Virus record (IMG/VR): IMGVR_UViG_3300030109_000603 | Coordinates: 1 to 55,061 of that record | DNA length: 55,061 nt | Origin: a virus | Taxonomy: Duplodnaviria; Caudoviricetes | Strand: one strand, 5' to 3' | Shown here: piece by piece, positions 8,981-16,578 of the stretch | Layout of the letters: every line of letters begins with the position of its first letter | How positions within the stretch are numbered: position 1 is the stretch's first letter | Translations under genes and position numbers: made by a program | The notes under the pieces: model-generated | What the model saw: the letters and a program-made list of their open reading frames with translations, nothing else | Databases searched by the model: none | Told to the model about the DNA's origin: nothing

Positions 8981-9820
8981 TTAAGCTGCTAGTAAAAAGC
9001 GATCATCGCTAACCCATTTAGATACCTCCTGTTCTCTACCCCACATAGAGGTAGCTTGTGTGTCATTACCTGTATTACGCAGATTAAAACCATTACGATT
9101 GTCTGCATAAGATGCATAGTTAGTAAAGGCAGAGTACAAAGCCCACTTGTTTTCACCACGAGTAAATGCTTCTGAACGATATAGCTGATACATCTTCTTA
9201 GCCTTACGTTCTGATGGTATCATTGCTTCTAGCAATGCCTCTACATCTACACCTTTGAGGCTAGTCTGCGCCCATGTTTTCATTTTGATAGCTTGCTCAT
9301 AGAAGTCAGACCGTAGGTTAGACAGTTCATCTATAAATGAACTGAGTGAGAAGTTAGATGTATTCTTCCTGCGGATCTTATCATGTTCACCACTGATGCA
9401 CCCATTGGTGCAGAAGCCATCAATAGCACCAAAGAATACTTGGTTACTACATGACCCATCAATACCATGTAATGATATGATACGGTTCTTTACCTCAGTC
9501 TGATGTCGGTCAGTTTCTATAACTGATTTCATACTAGGTAATGTGATGTCGAGCATAGCCCAAGCACCACCACGAGCAGTGCGAAAGTTAAACTGTGCAT
9601 CATGCATGTCACCATCTTGTAACTCCTGAGTCGCAGTGTCTACGACATTACGAAAGAAATCACCATGATTAGCACAAGTAAAGTCCTTGCCAACAATACC
9701 AAGGTATTCACCTGTGTTGGCATTGATTACATACTTCTTGTCTTTGAATTTAGTTTCCTCGAACTCTACCTCAAAGTCCAAGTGCTCTGGTACGAATGAT
9801 GTTGTTGTATCAAAAGGCAT
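8981..9820 (-). CDS. DUF932/DUF945-family protein
   Basis: LGIVGKDF, SLHGIDGS, FCTNG, NKWALYSAFTNY pattern typical of the family. Confidence 0.75.
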   Translation of the reverse strand: MPFDTTTSFVPEHLDFEVEFEETKFKDKKYVINANTGEYLGIVGKDFTCANHGDFFRNVVDTATQELQDGDMHDAQFNFRTARGGAWAMLDITLPSMKSVIETDRHQTEVKNRIISLHGIDGSCSNQVFFGAIDGFCTNGCISGEHDKIRRKNTSNFSLSSFIDELSNLRSDFYEQAIKMKTWAQTSLKGVDVEALLEAMIPSERKAKKMYQLYRSEAFTRGENKWALYSAFTNYASYADNRNGFNLRNTGNDTQATSMWGREQEVSKWVSDDRFLLAA

Positions 9821-9831
9821 TTTGTTTCTCC

Positions 9832-10530
9832 TTAATGCTCAGATAAGTGTACGATTTGTGTACGGTTGATAGTCTTTTGTGCAAAGCAACCTGCCTTGCA
9901 GTCCTTGCAGTGACCCTTGAGATCCTTGTGGGTCTTAGGGCATAGGAACATTCTTGTTCCATAGGCAGGATCAGATGTCAAGTTATCATCACCATAGAAC
10001 ATAATATTCCAATCATCATCAATCAACATTTTCCATTCAGCTTTGCTGTTGGATGGGTCGAGTGATGCATTAATGGCACAGTTAGGTAGAGACATAAGCT
10101 CTTTCTCAATCAAAGCTTTGAGGCGTGGGTTACGCCATGCTCTGGTAGGAATCCACCATGTGATGTCAGGATTCAGTAAGCACATAGTCTTAACACGGTA
10201 TACATCTACTATATCTTTGAAGGCTTCACCTCTGGTCATGTGACGAACACGACTAGTATCATACCGTTTACGACTAAAGTATTGAGTGAAGTCAGAATTA
10301 GACTTGTTTAGTTTCTGCCAGATAGCCTCGCATCTGTCATCACGTTTAGCCATGTTAGGGTATATCCTATATAACTTAACGTTATAACAAGTTTCATCGC
10401 AGTAATCTGTTCTGTGGTCACAAGAACCATCGTGATTTTCAGTCTCGTTAATTGGCCTAGCAGATGCAGCCATGCCTATATCTGGATTATATTTAAGTAG
10501 ATCATTTAGTTCTTGAGTTGTTAAGGTCAT
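9832..10530 (-). CDS. Gp88-like Cys-rich protein (possible Fe-S / radical-SAM-like fold)
   Basis: C-x5-C-x3-CY, RVRHMTRGE, WWIPTR, C-terminal CP...CKDCKAGC. Confidence 0.6.
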   Translation of the reverse strand: MTLTTQELNDLLKYNPDIGMAASARPINETENHDGSCDHRTDYCDETCYNVKLYRIYPNMAKRDDRCEAIWQKLNKSNSDFTQYFSRKRYDTSRVRHMTRGEAFKDIVDVYRVKTMCLLNPDITWWIPTRAWRNPRLKALIEKELMSLPNCAINASLDPSNSKAEWKMLIDDDWNIMFYGDDNLTSDPAYGTRMFLCPKTHKDLKGHCKDCKAGCFAQKTINRTQIVHLSEH

Positions 10531-10547
10531 TCTCGGAATCTCCGTGA
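10531..10547. promoter_or_regulatory. 17-bp palindrome copy 2 (TCTCGGAATCTCCGTGA)
   Basis: Abuts ATG at 10530. Confidence 0.85.
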
Positions 10548-10560
10548 TTAGATGTTTCGT

Positions 10561-10965
10561 TTAAGTTCTGAATACCTTTATGACAGGTTTATTTTGTTTG
10601 TCAAGGTATAGATAAGCTACCTCGGCATGATAGATCGGCTCATCATGCTCATCTACAAATGTGTTTGCATGATATGGGTTATACCTGACACGCTCAAGCC
10701 TGTCTATGTCAGGGTCATGTGAGTAGTCAGGATCTTGAAACCACAGGTCGGCATCCACCTCAATGCTTTGAGGTCTAACAAACGCATGTACATTCTTGAC
10801 CCTTTCATCTTGAGTCTTTGCCCACCCTGCAGGTTGCACCGCAAACACAGGCTTGTGTGCTATGATACTATTAGTATGCCATTGAACCTTGCCGTTTCTT
10901 TTCCTTACAGAAAAGACATGCTTGTGTAGGTTATAATATATCTCGGTTTTCATTTGATTCTCCAT
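10561..10965 (-). CDS. Conserved phage hypothetical protein
   Basis: YYNLHK...KNVHAFV...YNPY motifs. Confidence 0.7.
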   Translation of the reverse strand: MENQMKTEIYYNLHKHVFSVRKRNGKVQWHTNSIIAHKPVFAVQPAGWAKTQDERVKNVHAFVRPQSIEVDADLWFQDPDYSHDPDIDRLERVRYNPYHANTFVDEHDEPIYHAEVAYLYLDKQNKPVIKVFRT

Positions 10966-10982
10966 TCTCGGAATTTCCGTGA
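10966..10982. promoter_or_regulatory. 17-bp palindrome copy 3 (TCTCGGAATTTCCGTGA)
   Basis: Exactly fills the gap between stop 10983 and start 10965. Confidence 0.85.
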
Positions 10983-11381
10983 TTACAATTTGCTGCCTAG
11001 TACTAGCTTTCGTGATAGCTCATGCCAGCCAGTAGGCATACATAGATACGCCTTGTTCTGCTGTAGATGTACAATTATATTACCTACAGATAGGCTAGTA
11101 TCACCCTTAGCAAGGGTGGTAACCTTAGCCTTACCATAGCCATTACCTGCATCAAAGACAGCTTCCAATGGGTCAACAGATTCAGATAGCACACCCAGAT
11201 GCAGGAACTTGGTTGGATAATACATGTTATGAAACAGGGCATCATTGACACTCTGTTCTGCTGATTTCTCATTGAGAAGCCTCAGATCAAAAGCAATCCT
11301 TGCTACCTCTGATTGAGGGTTCTCATTGATTATGTCATAGACTTCTGGTCTGAACTGATAAACGAGGTATGATCTGGACAT
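10983..11381 (-). CDS. Hypothetical protein (weak YodL-like SLSVGNII motif)
   Basis: AGGAG RBS, own upstream promoter. Confidence 0.65.
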   Translation of the reverse strand: MSRSYLVYQFRPEVYDIINENPQSEVARIAFDLRLLNEKSAEQSVNDALFHNMYYPTKFLHLGVLSESVDPLEAVFDAGNGYGKAKVTTLAKGDTSLSVGNIIVHLQQNKAYLCMPTGWHELSRKLVLGSKL

Positions 11382-11410
11382 TGGCTTAACTCCTTGTTGC
11401 CATGAATTTC

Positions 11411-11443
11411 CTTAGTTCTGTCACAATATGAAACAGATGTCAA
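11411..11443 (-). promoter_or_regulatory. Promoter TTGACA-N17-CAGAACTAAG
   Basis: Perfect -35 upstream of gene starting at 11381. Confidence 0.55.
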
Positions 11444-11525
11444 GGGTTTTGTTTTGAATAGCATCTGTCGATGCCATATAGACCGCCAATATTTGTCGGC
11501 ACGTAGGGCAGACCTGTCACGTTTG

Positions 11526-11657
11526 TTAATGTGCATCTTCATCCTCCATATTTAAAAACATTTCTGAGCACACTTCGCATAGATCACCACACTCATACCC
11601 CCATTCTGTATAATACAGAACTTCTTCTTCGTCACCACAGTTCTCACACTTAGGCAT
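11526..11657 (-). CDS. Small Zn-finger protein (MPKCENC...CEVC...)
   Basis: Manual translation; two CxxC pairs; GAGG RBS. Confidence 0.55.
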   Translation of the reverse strand: MPKCENCGDEEEVLYYTEWGYECGDLCEVCSEMFLNMEDEDAH

Positions 11658-11660
11658 AGC

Positions 11661-11894
11661 TTAATCCTCTTCACCAAACATATCATTCCATTCACGAGGT
11701 GTAATGCCTGACATCAAGAACTCACGCTGATTATCATTTAGATCAGGCATGACATCCTGAATCAGTTTACCTGATTCAATCCAGTATTCTATCTTACCTT
11801 GAGTCGTAGGTAATAGCATAGAGTTTACCCTACCTGATACCGTAGACTTCTTGTGAACAAGAACCTTGTTCTCTGCAATGTGTTCTATATGCAT
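11661..11894 (-). CDS. Conserved phage hypothetical protein
   Basis: LIQDVMPDL...REFLMSGITPREW motif; AGGAG RBS. Confidence 0.75.
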   Translation of the reverse strand: MHIEHIAENKVLVHKKSTVSGRVNSMLLPTTQGKIEYWIESGKLIQDVMPDLNDNQREFLMSGITPREWNDMFGEED

Positions 11895-11896
11895 AG

Positions 11897-12157
11897 TTAT
11901 TCTCCTTTCGCATATGCTTTTGCTTTTACCAAAGCAATTAATAATTTGTCGGCATCCAGATACCGCACCACATCATCATAGTCTTTATCTAATTCAATAT
12001 TGGAATAATACCAATAGCTAGTATCAACAAAATTGTCATCATGTAGAAGTGCTACTTCTACTTTATTTTTATCTAGCCATTCTTGTGCTATGGATAGCCT
12101 GTACCCATCGCCTAGATTTATAGATACGTTACTCATTTTATTCTCCTTTTCTTTCAC
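11897..12157 (-). CDS. Hypothetical early protein (probable start 12136)
   Basis: ORF; AGGAG RBS before MSNVSI. Confidence 0.65.
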   Translation of the reverse strand: MKEKENKMSNVSINLGDGYRLSIAQEWLDKNKVEVALLHDDNFVDTSYWYYSNIELDKDYDDVVRYLDADKLLIALVKAKAYAKGE

Positions 12158-12323
12158 GAAATTCTACTTCGTAGCCACGCTTTTCCCATCTATTTTTTGC
12201 ATTCTTCATAGCTTGCCCAGCTATCTCACAGTCGCCATCATATGGCCCACTATCAAAGATAACTTCACCATTTTTATTCAACACAAGTATAGCATAATTC
12301 ATTTTATTCTCCATTTCATTCAC
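12138..12323 (-). CDS. Hypothetical early protein (probable start 12302)
   Basis: GGAG RBS before MNYAIL. Confidence 0.6.
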   Translation of the reverse strand: MNEMENKMNYAILVLNKNGEVIFDSGPYDGDCEIAGQAMKNAKNRWEKRGYEVEFRERKGE

Positions 12324-12336
12324 GGATTTTCCGTGA
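12320..12336. promoter_or_regulatory. 17-bp palindrome copy 4 (TCACGGATTTTCCGTGA)
   Basis: At junction of two small ORFs; contains the TGA stop of the upstream ORF. Confidence 0.85.
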
Positions 12337-12448
12337 TTAGTTTTGCATTATTAGGGAAACGTTTTAGTATCTTCGATACTTGCCGCATATCACGACAGGT
12401 AAGATAAGAAAACATAAACCCTTCGTCATCATAGAAACATACACGCAT
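12320..12448 (-). CDS. Small hypothetical protein (MRVCFYDDEGF..., 42 aa)
   Basis: Manual translation; GGAGG RBS. Confidence 0.55.
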   Translation of the reverse strand: MRVCFYDDEGFMFSYLTCRDMRQVSKILKRFPNNAKLITENP

Positions 12449-12677
12449 GATTACCTCCAATCAAAAGCTAAAACAGAAAGTAATACTACTAAAGGTAATA
12501 ATGATAGTAATATCACAGGACTGATAGTAGTATAAGCTACTATTAATAATATACTTGTAGTAGATACAAGTATTAACAACCAAGCGAAAAATAATACAAA
12601 ATGCACGGCATGTACTCCTATTTTTGATAGACTTTTGTCGGCATGTAATCGAGTGATCACATACAAAAAGAAAAAAT

Positions 12678-12700
12678 CAATCACGGAATTTCCGTGATTG
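12678..12700. promoter_or_regulatory. Palindrome copy 5, extended to 23 bp (CAATCACGGAATTTCCGTGATTG)
   Basis: Just downstream of a terminator on the minus strand. Confidence 0.85.
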
Positions 12701-12724
12701 ACTATACTTCAAAGAAGTATAAAC

Positions 12725-12755
12725 AAAAAAAAGCTCCCCGAAGGGAGCTTCTTTT
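12725..12755 (-). terminator. Rho-independent terminator with cUUCGg loop
   Basis: Minus strand reads AAGCTCCC-TTCG-GGGAGCTT followed by a T run. Confidence 0.85.
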
Positions 12756-12939
12756 ATATTTCACCAAGAGCAATCAAACAATCTATAAAGCCTTCAGCTT
12801 TATGTTTGTTAACCCAATGGTCATTCTCCCTTTTAAGGAGAACTGGGAAATCATGTTTGTCGTTTATTAAACGACCTTGATAGCAAAAACAGTATTCAGT
12901 ATTTGAATACTCCAAGATTTCAACTCCACAATATTCCAT
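12754..12939 (-). CDS. Hypothetical early protein
   Basis: GGAG RBS; bounded by palindrome 6 and a terminator. Confidence 0.65.
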   Translation of the reverse strand: MEYCGVEILEYSNTEYCFCYQGRLINDKHDFPVLLKRENDHWVNKHKAEGFIDCLIALGEI

Positions 12940-12965
12940 ATTTTAAATCTCCGATTTAAAGTTAT

Positions 12966-12982
12966 TCTCGGAATTTCCGAGA
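12966..12982. promoter_or_regulatory. 17-bp palindrome copy 6 (TCTCGGAATTTCCGAGA)
   Basis: Intergenic; perfect arms. Confidence 0.85.
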
Positions 12983-12987
12983 TTGAA

Positions 12988-13007
12988 TAGCCCCCCGAAG
13001 GGGGCTA
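12988..13007 (-). terminator. GC hairpin with cUUCGg loop after first early gene
   Basis: TAGCCCCC-TTCG-GGGGGCTA on the minus strand; weak U tail. Confidence 0.7.
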
Positions 13008-13013
13008 AATGAT

Positions 13014-13628
13014 TTACTTGAAGAGCTTTGCAAGCTCTTTTGCGAATGTGGATCTGCTAAAGCCTCCGGCTTCAAGAGCATCATAAACTTGCTCTGCAAG
13101 TTCCTTTTCGTTTTTCGCAACCACTGTCTCAAAGACAGTGTTCTTGACTACCTCTTCAGCCTTATTAGGCTGTTCAGAAGCCTTCGGCTTGCCCTTCGAG
13201 GTGTTCCCTGCCGAAGAAGCTTTAGGCTTCTTACGAAGCTCAGGATGAGCTTCCAGAACAATCTTCCGAATGGAAGATACTCCCAAGCTGTTAAGCTTGC
13301 CAGCTTTGTTTAACCTCTGGACTTTAGTCCAGTGAGTGGCGATCCACTTGGCATCATACTTATCAGCAGAGCTGATGTTTTCGTTGCTGAGATCAGTTCC
13401 ACTGATAAATGAGCCGTAGGCTTTCTTGTCACCACCAAACAGATTTTCAATCTGAAGCAGGATGTTTCCAAGCTCTCTGTAGAGAGCCAACTGATCCTCT
13501 TGGATCAGGTAAAGCTTGTCATAACAAGCTACGGCATGACTAATACCATTAGTCAGAGTGTAGGACTTACGTCCTAGCTTGAAGGTTGAGTCCAAAGTTA
13601 CCGTAGGTAAAGCTGCTGATTTTGCCAT
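13014..13628 (-). CDS. First early gene; possible DNA-binding protein (weak DUF3102-like)
   Basis: RELGNILLQI...GDKKAYGSFI helical segment; basic linker; own promoter and hairpin. Confidence 0.7.
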   Translation of the reverse strand: MAKSAALPTVTLDSTFKLGRKSYTLTNGISHAVACYDKLYLIQEDQLALYRELGNILLQIENLFGGDKKAYGSFISGTDLSNENISSADKYDAKWIATHWTKVQRLNKAGKLNSLGVSSIRKIVLEAHPELRKKPKASSAGNTSKGKPKASEQPNKAEEVVKNTVFETVVAKNEKELAEQVYDALEAGGFSRSTFAKELAKLFK

Positions 13629-13688
13629 TTTAATTCTCCGAATTAAGTTAAGGTTGCTGCTTCACCGATTTGCCGATGAAGCCCTTAC

Positions 13689-13718
13689 AAAGTAACACTG
13701 ATTCGTTTGGATTGTCAA
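13689..13718 (-). promoter_or_regulatory. Early promoter TTGACA-N18-TACTTT (extended -10)
   Basis: Upstream of gene starting at 13628. Confidence 0.6.
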
Positions 13719-14023
13719 CCCCTTTAGGGGGTTGGTCATTCTCGGAATTTCCGAGGTTAACTTTCCCTTTAGGGAAAACTTTCTGATCTTTTGGTGCGCA
13801 TTATGCGCAAGGAAAAGCTAGGGGTATACCTCTGCGCCTTGACCCTTTAGGGTTGACCATAGCTTAACCCCTTGGGGTTACCTCCAAAAATTCCCCTTAA
13901 AATACTTGTATTTTAGAGAACAAGAATCCCTTATTGTTTTAAAAAACAATAGATAACAATGCTTTAGCATTGTAGGTAGCTCAAAATCCTACGGATTCAG
14001 ACACGCATAGCCTCTTCAGAGGC
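13716..14023. repeat. Array of short inverted repeats in the non-coding divergence region
   Basis: About 10 mini-hairpins, several built on CCC-TT(TA)-GGG. Confidence 0.8.
13740..13756. promoter_or_regulatory. 17-bp palindrome copy 7 (TCTCGGAATTTCCGAGG)
   Basis: ~20 bp upstream of the early -35. Confidence 0.8.
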
Positions 14024-14332
14024 CGGGGGCATGGGCCACTGGGGGGATACCCGTATGCGTATACACTCAATGACAGAGGGGGGTATTTTTTAAGTGTTAA
14101 CTACAATAAATATAGGCCCATATATAGTATTCTCTATAGAAAACAGGGGGTTAACCCTGCAGTTGGTACGAAAGGTAGACATACTTTTAGAGTATTGTAA
14201 AGATATGTTACAGTGTTTGTAACAATTTGTGATTAACTGGACTTATACTTTGTAGTAACTGGCTATATGTAGAGTATTAATAATGTTAATACTAATTATG
14301 AATATTATTCATATTAATTCTTACTTTAAGTG

Positions 14333-14360
14333 TTGACAAATATTAAAAGTGCGGTATAAT
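14333..14360 (+). promoter_or_regulatory. Promoter TTGACA-N16-TATAAT
   Basis: Perfect hexamers, 16-bp spacer. Confidence 0.7.
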
Positions 14361-14489
14361 ATACTTAAAGGATATACTTAGAGTATGTCTTAAATACTAA
14401 ATACTATTAATAATTATAATTAATAATTAGTATTTAAAGAAATCCTTTAAGGATAGTGTGAATTTTTTTACTGTCGTAGGTAAAAAGTA

Positions 14490-14522
14490 TTGACTTCCCA
14501 TTTTAAAATAGTATAACTAAGG
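14490..14522 (+). promoter_or_regulatory. Promoter TTGACT-N16-TATAACTAAGG
   Basis: Directly upstream of the first plus-strand gene. Confidence 0.7.
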
Positions 14523-14530
14523 ACAATCAA

Positions 14531-14776
14531 GTGCCAAAGATGTATTCTGATGATAATGTGCTAGTAGAGTTCTACAAAGCTCTAGCTGATGAAGACGAAG
14601 GTAGGCTACGTAGAGTACACATCCCCAGATCTGATGTATTCTACGTAAGAGAAAAAATATTTCAAGACACTGGCGTTAAGTATTCCCTAGATAGAGTAGA
14701 AAGAGCTATGTATCTAGAGGGTCATCTTAGTGCCAGTGATGTATTTCAACCTAATGTAAAAAGGGAATGGGAATGA
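14531..14776 (+). CDS. Hypothetical protein
   Basis: First gene of the late arm; GTG start. Confidence 0.65.
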   Translation: MPKMYSDDNVLVEFYKALADEDEGRLRRVHIPRSDVFYVREKIFQDTGVKYSLDRVERAMYLEGHLSASDVFQPNVKREWE

Positions 14777-14979
14777 CGATAGCAATGGAACGTATATTAG
14801 CTTGGAAGATTATGCCCCGGCTAATGATGTTAGTAATGACTTGGATGTATATTGAAGTTTTGTTTTGGTTTATGTCGTTATCTTCTGCTGACATGACTTC
14901 TCAAGCTACTGCACTTACAGCTACAGTAACTGGTGCCATGACAGGTGCATTTGCTGTTTGGTTAGGACATGAGAAATGA
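14767..14979 (+). CDS. Two-TM membrane protein (holin/antiholin-like)
   Basis: Two hydrophobic helices; adjacent to holin and endolysin. Confidence 0.65.
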   Translation: MGMTIAMERILAWKIMPRLMMLVMTWMYIEVLFWFMSLSSADMTSQATALTATVTGAMTGAFAVWLGHEK

Positions 14980-15368
14980 TACAGGCATTAATAGGTCCAG
15001 TATCAAGTTTAGTAGGAACGTGGTTAAATGGAAAAGTTGAAACTAAAGCTGCAGAAACTAAAGCAAAAGTTGCCAAAGCTGAAGCTGAAGCGCAAATTAT
15101 GCTGTCTCGTGCAACCAGTGAGGCAGATTGGGAAAAAATTATGGCGCAAGGTAGTCAGTCTTCGTGGAAAGATGAATGGCTAACTATTTTGTTTTCTATC
15201 CCATTGATTCTAGTTTTCACTGGCAATTGGGGTAGAGAGATTGTGGCAAATGGTTTTGTCGCATTAGAGACAATGCCTGAGTGGTATCAGTATACACTAG
15301 GCGTAATTGTAGCAGCAAGTTTTGGTGTACGCTCTGCTACCAGATTTTTTAATGGGAAAAATAAATAA
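14976..15368 (+). CDS. Holin (3TM GTA-holin-like)
   Basis: SWKDEW followed by TM helices, ASFGVRS, basic C-terminus; precedes endolysin. Confidence 0.75.
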   Translation: MIQALIGPVSSLVGTWLNGKVETKAAETKAKVAKAEAEAQIMLSRATSEADWEKIMAQGSQSSWKDEWLTILFSIPLILVFTGNWGREIVANGFVALETMPEWYQYTLGVIVAASFGVRSATRFFNGKNK

Positions 15369-15820
15369 TGTTTAAACTAAGCAGACGTAGCCTTGACAGG
15401 CTTGAAGGTGTAGATGAACGCATGGTAACAGCAGTTAAACATGCTATTACAGCAACAAATACTGATTTTGGAGTTATTCAAGGTATGCGAACTTTAGAGC
15501 AACAGAAAGAACTGGTTGCAAAAGGCGCAAGTCAAACCATGAAGAGTAAGCACTTAGAAGGACTAGCAGTTGACCTGATGGCTTATATTAATGGTCGTGG
15601 CTCTTGGGAGCTAAACCTGTACGATGATCTAGCTGATGCTATGAAAGAAGGTGCTAACTTTGCTGGGTGTAAAATCCGCTGGGGTGCAGCATGGCACATA
15701 GATAATATTGGTGAGTATGAAGGTACTATGGAAGATGCTATGAATGAGTACATTGATTTACGTAGGTCACAAGGACGTAGACCATTTATTGATGGACCTC
15801 ATTTTGAACTAATGGTTTGA
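15368..15820 (+). CDS. Endolysin, M15 family peptidase
   Basis: GMRT, SKHLEGLAVD, WG, DGPHFEL zinc-binding motifs. Confidence 0.88.
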   Translation: MFKLSRRSLDRLEGVDERMVTAVKHAITATNTDFGVIQGMRTLEQQKELVAKGASQTMKSKHLEGLAVDLMAYINGRGSWELNLYDDLADAMKEGANFAGCKIRWGAAWHIDNIGEYEGTMEDAMNEYIDLRRSQGRRPFIDGPHFELMV

Positions 15821-15910
15821 CGATTAAATTTATTTACATATAATAAATATTATAAGTGTAAGGGTAAATAGTGAATCGTCCACGTTCCCCTTACAAATAA
15901 AGGATTAAAG

Positions 15911-16204
15911 ATGTCTATACCTGAACGGGTCAAAAATAAGATGAAGGAAGAGGGGCTAAAGGGTGTTAATAAACCTAAGCGTACTCCTAACCATCCTAAG
16001 AAATCACACTGTGTTATGGCAAAAGAAGGTGATACATATAAGTTTATCCGATTTGGTCAACAGGGTGTAAAAGGCGCAGGGAAAAATCCTACATCTAAAA
16101 AAGATAAGGCTCGTAAGAAAAGTTATTATGCAAGGCATGATGCACAAGACTCTAAGCCAAGTAAATTAAGTGCTCGTTATTGGAGCCACAAAGTAAAATG
16201 GTAA
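15911..16204 (+). CDS. Conserved basic phage protein
   Basis: IRFGQQG...YYARH...SARYWSHKVKW. Confidence 0.75.
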   Translation: MSIPERVKNKMKEEGLKGVNKPKRTPNHPKKSHCVMAKEGDTYKFIRFGQQGVKGAGKNPTSKKDKARKKSYYARHDAQDSKPSKLSARYWSHKVKW

Positions 16205-16218
16205 AAAGGAAACCTAAA

Positions 16219-16578
16219 ATGAAAACTCTAGCAACTATCTTGGCTTTAACAGCTACAACTGCAACAGCAGCAGACTTTCCTATGTGGGGTCAAACAGTAT
16301 CTATTGGTGCTGAATCAGACACAAGCTACACCACTGGTGTAGAAGATTGGAAATGGGAACTAACTCCTTATGCTGGTATCAGCATGATGGGAGTAGGTCT
16401 AACTGTAGAAACAGAAATTGACATGCTTAAACTAGATGAAGATGATATCTTTACTGGTATAGATGTAACTTTGAATTATGTAGTGCCACAAACTAATATG
16501 AATCTTTATTCTGAAGTTTCTTCGGATAAAGACTTTAAATTTGGTGATGTAGAAATTGGGGCGAAGATTAAGTTCTAA
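16219..16578 (+). CDS. Secreted small outer-membrane beta-barrel/porin-like protein
   Basis: Signal peptide MKTLATILALTATTATA, alternating beta strands, C-terminal GAKIKF. Confidence 0.7.
   Translation: MKTLATILALTATTATAADFPMWGQTVSIGAESDTSYTTGVEDWKWELTPYAGISMMGVGLTVETEIDMLKLDEDDIFTGIDVTLNYVVPQTNMNLYSEVSSDKDFKFGDVEIGAKIKF

Noticed and set aside
12451-12684. 77-aa hydrophobic ORF
   Set aside because: Starts inside the palindrome, has no RBS and is low-complexity AT-rich; not accepted as a gene
8964-13756. Palindromic repeats as a CRISPR array, given a Cas4-like gene
   Set aside because: Repeats are 17 bp and spaced hundreds to >1500 bp apart by whole genes; no cas1/cas2; solo Cas4-like nucleases are common in phages
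13629-14530. tRNA or other known RNA gene in the large intergenic region
   Set aside because: No cloverleaf or T-loop GTTCRA with an acceptor stem could be found by eye
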